From the NCBI GenBank assembly GCA_004022145.1, contig RCNU01000003.1: a DNA stretch of 64,000 nt. One strand, given 5' to 3'. Below the pieces are notes generated by a model. That model ran no database searches and was not told where the DNA came from. It saw nothing but the letters and a program-made list of their open reading frames with translations. Numbering within the stretch: the first letter of the stretch is position 1; every line of letters begins with the position of its first letter. Made by a program: the position numbers and the translations under genes. This DNA comes from Paecilomyces variotii. Its lineage: Eukaryota. Positions 25,501-36,693 of this stretch are shown here, in pieces.

Positions 25501-26294
25501 GCAAACAATAGGATCAACAGGTCGATATATTTCCGCGGTTTTGACTGAGGCGCCTTATTACCAAGGCCTCACGAGATGCCCTCGTGACTACTTACTTCCC
25601 TTTTAGGAATTTAACTATCATCTCCGAAACTACTCCAGCTGAAGATGATATTATCATTGACTGGCTTTCCACGGGAGATAAACTGTCATTCCTGTTTCTC
25701 TGTTCCGATGCGGATTATCGCCCAAAGGCCACGATCATTCACTGTTGCTCCAGCGTCATTTACTGGAGATAGGACTTACTATTGCCACCAAACCATAGTT
25801 GAGTACCTTCCGAAGCGCTGTGGCGGCTATTCGAAAATTCGTCCTAATTCCACCGCAATAGCTCATATACTTCTTTCTGCTCAGTAACTTGACCACTCCA
25901 CAGTCTCTGGAATATCTGAAAAGGACGTGTTATTTGGCCTTGTTACATAGCCATTAAGAGCACAGATCCCGTCTTGAGATAAACTGCTGTTTGTTCAACT
26001 TCAAATCTAATACCCGACATCATAAGCCTCATAATTGACACTGCTCGGAAAGCCCCCAATAATTTAAACGAAACACGAAGAATCAAAGCAGCCAGAGGTT
26101 TAGATAGGTACTTACTAGGTAACCAGTATCTGTTGAACAGAGGATATCGATAAATCATCGCCCCATCATATCTCCCACAACGGAAGGCGGTCTAAAGTGG
26201 CAAAATCAGGCAAACCCCATCCCCATCCCACATCATAAATATCAACCCACTTTTTCCGCTTTCTTTCTTTCTTTTCTTCTCTTTCTTTCTCTTC

Positions 26295-26717
26295 AAGCGT
26301 CGTCCTCGTCAATGCTGCGTTTCTTTGCTACACACAACAGGTCGAGAGTATATATATATACTCTCCCTGTTCTCCAAACCATGCAAATGAGAAATTCGGA
26401 GGAATCTTCAAAAAGCACTCGTTAATCCGCTCGTTTCTTTTTTCTTTCCTTGGGAAGAAATAGATTCGAGCCGGTACTGCCCGTGAGGGCCTGGCGTGAA
26501 TTACGTCTGCAATAGGCATCAGAAACATCGGGGGAGGGGGGAATGGCGTTTCGTCGTTCTTTTCCCATGGGAGAGCCGTTGCGAAGATTGTGTGTGTGGT
26601 GGTTCTTGGACCCTGCATGACACTTTAGTGCAATACGCAGCATGCCTTGCTCCTCTGGCTTTTGGGCTGGAGGAGCGGTATCATTCGATTCCGATTATTC
26701 TGACGAGGACGACGCTT
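26295..26717 (+). ncRNA. RPR1: Nuclear RNase P RNA (RPR1 homologue)
   Basis: P1: 17-bp perfect inverted repeat, 26295-26311 with 26701-26717. P2: ATGCTGCGT (26312) with ACGCAGCAT (26635). CR-I GAGAAATTCGGAGGAA (26389) pairs in P4 with CR-V ATTCGATTCCGATTA (26683). Also CR-II ATCAGAAA, CR-III ATGGGA, CR-IV AGTGCAAT, a P19-like hairpin GCTCCTC...GAGGAGC, and T-runs just downstream. Confidence 0.92.
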
Positions 26718-27583
26718 CATTTTTCTTTTTTTTCAGGTTAGTCTTTTTTTTTTACCCTCCTGGTGTTTTGACCCTGAGTTACGGGGGGAGGGCGATGGAA
26801 AGGAACGTCTTTTTTTTAATAAGGATACTGCTAATTTGTGATCCGGATTGGGTGACTCGGATGTCTCTGTATTTAGATGATGGAAGTGTGTGGCAAAGGG
26901 ATTGTTGTCCTGATGTATGGACGTGAGACTCATATGCTTAGCATGTGCTGTCGATTATTGTACTCGGATATCATGGCATGGTGGCAACCTGGCTGGGAGG
27001 AACAATACTCTCGATATTGTCTGGGTAGGGATAGTCGGCTGGATATTTCTGGCCCGACTTTCCTGTATGCTAGATGCTAGCTATCAATGGGATTTTTCAT
27101 CCATCCTCCATATGAGTGTGTTCAGCGTAAATTCAGATCGGCTGTAGATGGTCTACGTCGTTTCACTGTAAGGAGTACTACATCGGACTTCCGGTTGATT
27201 GTTAAACGGTAACAGTTCGCTTCATTGGGAAATAGATTGTTATTGCAGATAGATATAAGACAATAACAAAAATTAAAATCGCTTGATGCACTTAAACCAC
27301 TGAATGGTTCAATGATCCCGGGAATATCATGGCATATTTTCATTCCGATTCATGCTCACTTGTCCGCAGACAAGCAACGCCTGCGCCGCCCCCTAGCATC
27401 CGCCTTACCCTGGCCAGTATCCAGGATATCGACTGCTCGGCAAGAAAAAAAATGAAAGGTGCATCTGCTGGTTCCTTCCATATTGATAACTGGCAACGGT
27501 TTATTATCTGCTTGTTGTTATTTCTTTTTTTTCTTTCCCTTCTTGGATTGTTTTCAGATATTTGGTCTTTGATGTGATCATGT

Positions 27584-28642
27584 TTACTCGTCATCTCCGA
27601 TCTATGATGTGGAAATGAAAGGTTAGTCATCTTGCGTGTAGGCAGTGAAGAGATGCACAAAACATACCTTAGGAGCAAGGAAGAAGCGCAGATGACCGCT
27701 TCCCAGTCCGTACTCGACCAGGAGGGGAACCTCCTGGGAAAGGCAGAGCTTCACCTTGCTGGACAGGTTGGTGGCCTTGGTGAAGTTGACAAGATATTTG
27801 AGAGAGAAGGTAAGGGCAACAGGCTCGGAGAGAGAGATGGTGACGTTCTGATCTGGCTTCTCGACATTCGAGTGCTGACGGATAGTCACAGAGCCGTTAC
27901 CGATATCACCCTGGCAGGAGAATCGTACACCTTCTTTCGTGGTCTCGATAACAACTACAGTTCGTCTGTTAGCAACCGTCAAGACACGACAAAAGTCAAT
28001 GCGCAAACATGTGACAGGTGCTGTGAGGAGCATAAGGTCGGCTCACCTGACTCAGACAGAGCGTTAAGATCTCTGCAGATACGCTGGAACTCTGCGGATG
28101 GCATCTCAACCGTAGAGGCGTAGTCTGTGTCAGGAATAGCCAGGTGGTCCTGGTCAATGTCCATAAGTTTGATGTCGTACTCGCTAATTCGGTCGGTCTC
28201 TGCGCTCTCGAACAACAAGTTGACAACATCAGGTGAGTCCTCCGCCTTCAGCGTCAAGATATCCTCGTTCTGTGCGGCACGGAGGACCTTCGTCAGGGAA
28301 ACCAAGTTAATTCCCAGAGCGATGTTACGGTCACAGCGGTACGGCGAGAAGCCCTCCGCCTTCAGCATCATGGACACCAGGGCAACGTGAGAGTTGTCCA
28401 TGGCCTGAAGGGCGATACCGGAGTCATTGCAGTCGAAGTTGCAGTCCTGCACGAGATCCTTGATCGCGTCGACAACCTGCATAATGGAGAGTCGTAAGCA
28501 TGCTGGACCAAAAGCTGTTAAGGCAAAAAGAGAGTTTCGCATACCTTCTTCAGCAGACTTGCCTGCTCTAGCCGTGCTTCCAACACTATTGTGTATCAGT
28601 TGTCTCCGTTGCTATCACGAATCGGGGAGAGGGATGCCTACT
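27584..28642 (-). CDS. POL30: Proliferating cell nuclear antigen; start codon split by an intron
   Basis: A|TG then [47 protein letters not shown]...[16 protein letters not shown]...[14 protein letters not shown]. Confidence 0.96.
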
Positions 28643-28898
28643 CTTGCTTTGTGTGTGTGTGTGTGAGGTAGAAAAGGATATCTGGAATGAGGGGAGAATG
28701 AGAGGCTCCGATGAAGACGAGATATAGAACAGCGAAAAAGATAGTATCAATGGATGCTAGTATGCTCTGTCTTCACGACCGCAATATGTGACTGAGTGCT
28801 GGAAGGTAATAGGAAGAGTGAATGCGAAAAATATGCAGTGTTCGTTAGCAGAGCTGGGGATGCCAAAGCGAAAGGTCGCTGAAGGTCATAGTGGGGTG

Positions 28899-28923
28899 AC
28901 GCGTCGCGTTCCCGAGGTCGCGT
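28899..28923. promoter_or_regulatory. MCB (MluI cell-cycle box) cluster upstream of PCNA
   Basis: ACGCGT at 28899-28904, and TCGCGT (ACGCGA on the other strand) at 28904 and 28918. Confidence 0.7.
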
Positions 28924-29587
28924 AAAGCACCCTGTGCCGCCAGCTGGTTCAGCCGCCTAATTCGATCCAGGCACCAGCAGCATCTATCTATGGCCAATGC
29001 GGAATTATTGACAGTTAGCGCGTCGAGAATCTACCGGTGTCCTTGCAATCTAGAACAAGTTCCTGTATTCTCTCTACTCAGAGTCAGATACCACCACAGT
29101 CGATCCACGTCGAGAGAGGTTCTAGAAAGGATTAACTTATCTACATCAGAGTACCCTGCGCGATCTAGATTTACAATGGCGTGTATAGCTACTGCCGGCA
29201 TTATCGCTATAGAAGACCTCATCGTATACTAGAAAGCAGGTGGATTGAGTAAGAAACGCGACAAATGAGCTATGTCCAAAGACTGTTAATATAGTATAGT
29301 ACATAGGAAAATCACTAGCAGATGATGACCGGTGCCAATATGCTCCTTCCTCGGAGGATAAGATAATATAAAAACATTAAAGAAGAATACAAAGAACCCA
29401 TTTTCAGAAAAGAACCAGTCCCAAGCAGATCCAAATGACGCCGGCCCTCTATATATACAGTATCTCGGGTATCGATCTCGCAGCTCGTGACGGTAATGAG
29501 AGGCGCTGAGTATAATAACGATGCAAGGGAAATGATGATCGCTGTGAACGAATGTGGCGAGTCGTCGCAGCTAGGCGAACATATGCG

Positions 29588-31652
29588 CTAGATGCTGGTG
29601 ACTCGATGCGCAGCTATTGTTCTAGGCCGATGCTTGATAACTGTCTCAAGTTCCTTCAACATGTTGGTGTTTGCGTCAGTTTTCTCGCGTGCGGCCGCTT
29701 GCTTGGCGCGATCTTCTTTGACACGAGCGATTCGCTCCTCCCTGGTCAGTGAGGCCCGTTTTCGAACCGGGAGAGCGATGGCCTCGAACACCTCCTCGTC
29801 ATCCATGTTGTAATCCGGATTCAAATACGGCTGGCTGTCACCTTCGAGGAGTTTCAGAGCATCCGCAGGACTTCCTTCGACTTCCGTGGAACCACTTAGA
29901 CTGAAAGTGGGGGACATGGGCGACTTCAGTGAACTGGTCGGGCGTGAGGACCGATCTGAGGAACTGGATCTCTCGAAGCCGGCTATCAGGGCCGACTTGC
30001 CAGCTTCCCATTCCTGAAGAAGCCCTCTGATATCTGCACCGATGGATTCGTACTGCGCCATCAGACTCGTCATCAAGTCGGACTCATTGCCCTTCTGTTC
30101 CAAGCTTGCATCGGATTCTTCGCGAATGACATGCATCTTTGCATGCAATGCACGGATACTTTGAGAAAGAGAATTGAGCTTCCGGAACTGCGCACGGAAG
30201 CTGTCCCGGCTGGGTGATGCGTTTGGTAGAGGAGACGGAGGGATAATGTCGCCTAGAGATGTCAGCCTGTGTATTTCTACCGTGGAGGAAAGGTTCGTCA
30301 TACGGTCCTGTTCATTCAGGATGTTGCTAATCCTCGTGACATTGTTCCCTGTGACAGTAGCCAGATCTCGCATTTCCTCAACCGCAGCACTCCACCTCGG
30401 AATATCTGAACTTCCCCCGTCGGCGCTGAGCGCGAGGAGACAGCATAAGATGCTTTTCCTTACAGTGTACAGTCTGCCGAAGAGCGTACGAAGAGATCGC
30501 AAGGAGTACTGATCCTCAGCCCCTCGTTCACGTAGTCCTGCTTGAGCGTCTAGGAGTTCCTCGAAGGAGATCTCGTATATATCGTAGTACTTCTCCAGGC
30601 TTGTACTCTCTGCCAGTGGCTGGAGGATCTTCTGAGCCTGGATGTATCGCTCGAGTAATGAGAACAGTGACTCGGAGAGCGCGCGGCGCAACCTCATGCA
30701 CCGGCGGGTTTGCGCGTTTTCCTCCAATCGGCTCACTGGGGGCAAAGGAGTGCTCCTGCATTCTAGTCAGCTACAGTCTCGTCGACAGAGACAGGACTCA
30801 GCTTACATCCTATAGCCTCTGGAGACCAACTCGACCTCTTGGACAAAGACTACTGAGGCGGAAGCAGCGGAATCGAAGCTCCGCGCATTGCTGACCAGGA
30901 CTGCTGCGGCCTCGACTGCCTGATGTCTCACGTATTTCAACCATTGCCGTCTGGTGAAGGCGTAGAACACAAGTGCGATAACAGGTAGTAGAATTAACAA
31001 AACTGCCACCCTCCGCGTATTGAATCCAGACCCAGATTTCGATCGACTCCAGTGGATTAACCACGCAACCGAGAACGACGTTGCCGCCGTGAAAACTACA
31101 CCTTGTAAACCAAACGTCTCTGACAGAGACGGTAGCTGTGCCGCAGGAACCTTCGACAATACGTCTGCGGCCGAGGTATAGGAGGGGGCGCTATGCTCGT
31201 TGAGGAGTTGAGATGCGACAATGAGGTATCCGAACTTCTCCAGAAATCGTTCGTTGTCGCTTCTTCCGACCCGAGAACTGACCAGAAACTATATTAAACG
31301 CCATGTCAACTCCGTATTCCCGCCAACTCTCAGGGTCACCACTGTGCTTACCGAACAGGCGTCATGGATCTTGCCCATCGCACCTGTCTTCCTCGCGACC
31401 GTCAAGTCTAATGGCGCGGGCAATTTATTTCGGATCCGTTCTTGAAACGTCGAGATCCCACGAGGGGCAAAGTCAAGTCGCATGTCGGATGAGGAGTCAT
31501 TGTCGGCTTCCTGAGGGATCCAGTCCTCGCTTCGTTCGCCTGCCCCTATATCGAACGAGATGAGCTTCCAAGCCCAGATTCATCTGGGAGACTTCTGTCG
31601 TACCTTGCAGATAATCTGCCAGAGGCGAATCTTCATAAACCAAGGCCTCCAT
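29588..31652 (-). CDS. Vezatin / myosin-binding-domain membrane protein (VezA-like)
   Basis: MEALVYEDSPLADYL..., RFLEKFGYLIVASQLLNE, two TM segments, QEVELVSRGYR, RKSILCCLLALSADG, and a C-terminal EVFEAIA...LTREERIARVKE...MLKELETVI; several introns. Confidence 0.8.
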
Positions 31653-34143
31653 CACCGGTTCGCATCTCCCGATCCACTGTCCACTATCACTGTCCACTAT
31701 CACTATCGACGGCGCGAAGGGTATGCTGCGTTGAACAGGGTGCGGTATCAAGGCCCGGTAGACACCAGACAGAGGTGATGTGGCAAGAAGAGACGAGGAG
31801 GCGAAAGAACGGCTATCGCGACTCCATCTCGCGGGGGATCCAGCGGCGAGATCTGGGTGAGTTGGGGGCTGCTGGGCACCGCAGCCTCAGCCTCAGCCGC
31901 AATTAGCTTACCTTGCCCACCCAGAAACCAGGAACGGATCAGTGGAAACACGAAACGGCCTTGCTGGGAACTTCACCAAGGTCAACTGCGAGATAGAGCC
32001 GGATATGGGGTCAGTAATATGATAGAGAACACAGATGTTCTCTCTCCTGACATCGATTCCGGGGATCGGGCCTGGAGGTGAGCCGCGTTTGCGATCGTTT
32101 CACTGGGGCTTTGGCCGGAACACGTGCCTCGCATCCAATCAGCCGTGTGAGTCTAGCAGCGCCCCTGGCGTCGCCCCAAATGCAGCAATTTAATTAAATC
32201 AAGTTCCCCATTGATCTTTAGTTACTATTATTATAATTATAATTCTGGACTTTGATGCCCCCCGCAGATGAAGTCCGTCCAAATGGCTTCATTTGATCTA
32301 AAAACATGTTGACATCCTCATTCACCTACCAGAACTCCGTCTGTGCCTACTATCTGTGCTACACGGTGGGATCACTCTGAGGGGCTCGGCTCAGTGGGTG
32401 ACAGGTTCCCCTGCATTAGTTCGTCTATCATATTGACGACGATACGTAGTGGTTCTAGCCCCTTGCGTTTGTTTCCACAAAGCGTAACTTTAATACGGAG
32501 TACGGAGTAGTTACCCCGACTCCAGGATTGGCATATACCAAAGCTTTCTGCAATAATATCACAGACCTATAGTTAGCTTATGTTATCTTACATTGTTCTC
32601 TTGTGCGCAATAGCGGCGATCTCCGTGTCTGATTTCCTCTAACTTATCCAGATCGACAATTCTAGATAAGCACCAAGTCTCAGTAGAATCTGATCGACAG
32701 CTGCCACGCATTGCCAGGAACCAAGCCGCTTTGAGTTATGCGGGTTAGATAGTCGACTCTAAAAATATCAACACCCACGCACACACTCTACACATCTAGT
32801 CTAGCATAACGGTTAGAAGCCATAGTCGATTAATCAATACCGGCCTCAAACCAAGAAGGGAATGATGCGAACTCCTCAAGGTAATGTATGTACAGTATAA
32901 TAACCCAGTCGCATGCGCTTGTGGACGGGACTCGTACTGTACATAGCTTAAATGCTGCCATACCAGCGGGATCCGTCCCCGCTGCCACGACTCCCACGTG
33001 CTCGAGATAGGGACATTTCACATTCCTCATCGCGGCAAGCATCGACTCTACGTGAGTGGTTCTTGATGGCGGGGTATTTTATGCCGTCTAGGACGTCATA
33101 GAAGAGCATGTTGGCATGTTTGACTGAGAAAAGCATGGGGTTGGACAATGCCTGTCGAACCGGACGATTTCCAACGTCATCATTTTTGGTGATCTCTGTT
33201 AAAAACATCGATAGTAGAGTGATATGCGCATAGCAATTCATCCTTTTCATTTGTTCTGTTCTTGAATTATCAGTGGCCGTTAGATTACCATGTGGATGCC
33301 GCCATCAATAATCATTAACCGCATGGAATAGACGGACCGGAAGTAGGCGTCGCTTTCTAGCCAAGTAAATATTGCACTACTGAGGGGAGAACTCTCGATC
33401 AGAACTAACTCTCCTTATTGGCTCTCTTGCTATCTTCAATGAGTGAAAGACAAAAATTGATTCCTACTGCTAAAACTATTATCAATATTGATCAATCAGA
33501 AGATGACTCTACGGGGCCACGGATACTCAGTCTCGCGAAATGATGCTTCGCTCAACATACTAACTTAGCCTTGACATGTCTGAGAATAAAGATACAAGGC
33601 AGCCTGGAGCGAGAGCAGTCGATATGAAGCTCGTCAGCATTACTTAACCGGCACTAACAGTCCATGAAGGTCAGTGCCTGGTCAGCAGCATGTGGTTCTG
33701 ACTCTCTCCGCTAGGTGGTCGAGCTAGTTATCGATATTGATGTCTTTAAAGTATCCTATTTACCTCCTTTCACCAGCCAACTTCGAACGACACACGTGAT
33801 GTCGACCCTATGTCCGGCTCAGCTCTCTACCACATTGAGACACCTACACACAATCGATGTTGTTGCTTCTTGTTAAATTGCCATGACTATTAACTTCATA
33901 ATGAGACAGAAAAATTTGACCCAGTTCTAGTTGATTCGAGCAAACAGCCCTCGCATCCACGCTCAATGCTTGTTTCCTGAAGAGGCATACAAGATACACT
34001 GATGTCGATGTGACTTCGACTTATGGTTCTCACTGAGGCTTACTCTTCATGCTCTTACTCAAATTGATCATGACATCACATCCAAAGTTGCCGGCAGAGC
34101 ATAATAAGCAGATGCCACCGCTGCATTCAGAACGTACAAGATC

Positions 34144-35450
34144 ATGAATAAGGGCCGCATTCTGACTATTAGTCTTTCTGTTTGTGATGCAGCTGTCTCA
34201 AGACACCTCTGTCTCATAGATCCTGCCAAGGACATTGACAAGCTCCTTGACGGCTTAATCTTGGCGACGGAAGCAACTGACCCAGACTGGGTACCTATCA
34301 TGACGCGTGCTGCGGTATCGTCCCGAATCATGGCGGGTGTACTTCGCATGCTGCTATCGTCAGTCCCAGCAATTGTGGGCACAGGAAATTCCACTTATGT
34401 GTTGTACACCAGCCAAGGAGTCACCGTGTCCTGTGCCGTGGGCGACAAGGGTTTCGTATATGAGGGCATATCCACTTTTTCCACCCAGACGGTGGATCTG
34501 ACCGGATTGCGAGAAGTCAAGACCAAAGTTATGCTCAATCTTGCCAATCCAGCATCAGCCTACCGCTGGTGGCGCCTCCCAGAAGATGGCATCGGCCTTG
34601 CTCGCATGGAATTCGTCGTCGCCAACGCGGTTCAAGTTCATCCTGCAGTACTCGTCCATTACGACCGACTGAAGGATCAAAAGGCAAAAGAAGACATCTC
34701 CCAGCTTACGACCTGATACGACCACAAGCCCGCCTATTTTGTGGACAAGCTATCACACAGTTTTGCAGCCCTTTGCGCAACCTTCTACCCTAAGCCAGCG
34801 ATCATCCGCATGAGTGACTTTAAGATAAACGAGTACGCCAACCTTATTGGCGGCGTCGAGTTTGAACCCAAGGAGGAAAATCCCATACTAGGCTTCCGGG
34901 GAGCGTCACGATATTATTCGCCGCACTACAAGGTGGGATTTGAGCTCGAGTGTCGCGCCATTCAGCGCCTACGTGAAGAGATGGGTTTCGGTAATGCGGT
35001 TATAATGACCCCCTTCTGCCGAAATACTGGAGAGGCCAAAAAGGTAGCAGAGGTTATGGCCGAATACGGGCTCAAGCGCGGCGAGAACGGCTTTGGGCTC
35101 TACGTTATGTACCAGATCCTATCTAATGTCATCATGGCGAACGAGTTCACGGAGCATTTCAATAATTTCTCCATCGGTTCTAATGTCCTGACACAGCTTA
35201 CTCTCAGCGTGGACCGCGATTCTGGCCAGCTTGAGGACCTTTTCAACGAACAGGATGAAGCCGTCAAATGGATGATGGCACGGATGATCGCGGTGGCTCG
35301 CAGGAAGGACTGCAAGATTGGTATCTGTGGACAAGCACCAAGCAACCATCCGGAGTTCGCGAAGTTCCTGGTCGAGGCAGGTATCAATTCGATCTCTGTC
35401 AGCCCAGATAGTTTTGTCGCAGTGGAGAAACACATGGTTGCTAATGAGAG
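34144..35450 (+). pseudogene. ppsA: Phosphoenolpyruvate synthase (pyruvate,water dikinase) pseudogene
   Basis: Recognisable TDPDWVPIM, DGIGLARMEF, IIRMSDFK.NEYANLIGG.EFEPKEENP.LGFRGASRYY and IGICGQAPS. The phospho-His motif GGCTSHAAIVS (34332) is in another frame, there is an in-frame TGA at 34714, SIGSNDLTQ reads SIGSNVLTQ, and the N-terminal ATP-grasp domain is not seen. Confidence 0.9.
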
Positions 35451-35627
35451 AGCTTGCTGCTTTTTAGCAAAACTTCCATACGATCTACGCTACGTGCTAA
35501 GTAGTGTTATGTACTACACTTCCTCTCCTCCATAGAAAGCTCACGATGATCAAGAGAAGCCTCAATTAAAACAAGAATCACGCTCTTTGGGCTGACTATA
35601 AATCCGTCCATGTAAATCCAAGCATCC

Positions 35628-36693
35628 ATGGCATAAGCGCTAAACTATTTTCCTTCATAGCAATTGTTGGCTTGGGCCAAGTCGGTGCTGCTGCCGCCGC
35701 TCATGCGCTCATCCTTAGCTCCGTCACGAGTGAGTTGCTTTTGATTGATGTGAGAGTAGACTTGAGAGATGCACAGGTCCGTGATCTTTCAGATGTGACC
35801 TATAGCGGTAACAGCAGCACGCGTGCACGAGCGGCTAAGTACGATGAGGCAGGGCAGTGCGAGGTAATAGTCGTCACTACAGGATTAAAGTATTTTAGAG
35901 GTATGAGGCCCTGACCTTGATGTGATCTCCATTGTTGTATATTTCGCTAGGGCATGAGCTCATACTGGAATGTTTAGGGGAAACTAGCGTTGGACACATG
36001 TATCAGAAAATGGAGATTACTCGGAGCGTGGTGAAAGCCTTCATATGAAGCCCTTCAGATCAGACACTATCTTGCTCGTCGTGGCAAACCCAGTCGATCT
36101 ACTTACATCCCTTACTCTCAAGATCTCACGACTTCGACCGTCTCAGGTTCTAGGCTCAGGTACCTCTCATGATTCCGTGCGGCTTCGCGGCTTGTTGGCG
36201 GATAAAGTAGGGGTGCGTCACACTCTCACTTCTTCCAAAGCTTGGAGATGGTCCAACCAACTCATTGCTTTAGGTTGCTACCAATTCAATAGGCTCTACG
36301 TCGTGGGAATGCATGGAAATTCGCAGGTTGTGGCATGGTCGACTGCAACGATCGGTGGTGTGTCTCTTGGCAAGTACTATCAACCATGCAGAACTTTCGA
36401 AGGAATGCAAGGAGAGAATACAGTGCATTATCCAAGCCTAAGGATCGACCGCTTTTGGCATTGATACCATCGTCTGTAGCATCTGCTCTTCGATCCTTCT
36501 CGACATGCGCAATGTCCGTCTAGTCGGCCATTTCCAACCAGAATTCGGTTGGTGTTTGAGCTTGCCCGTAATCCTAGATAGGAAGGGAATCATAAGGACG
36601 ATCCAGCTGCCGTTGAGTAGTGAGGAGGAAGCTGCTGTAGCAGAATCGGCTACTATGCCGGGCGCCACAATTGAGCGGATCAATGATCAATAA
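35628..36693 (+). pseudogene. L-lactate dehydrogenase pseudogene
   Basis: IAIVGLGQVGAAAA (GxGxxG), VVANPVDLLT, VLGSGTSHDSVRLR, GMHGNSQ, CLSLPVIL. ATG GCA TAA at the presumed start, and the pieces lie in different frames. Confidence 0.85.

Noticed and set aside
26328-26926. Short ORFs around a 17-bp inverted repeat, first considered a MITE or a small gene
   Set aside because: The repeat is the P1 helix of RNase P RNA, and the interior carries all five conserved regions.
32830-33250. Two overlapping minus-strand ORF scraps, possibly a third relic beside ppsA
   Set aside because: No family recognisable by eye; needs blastx.
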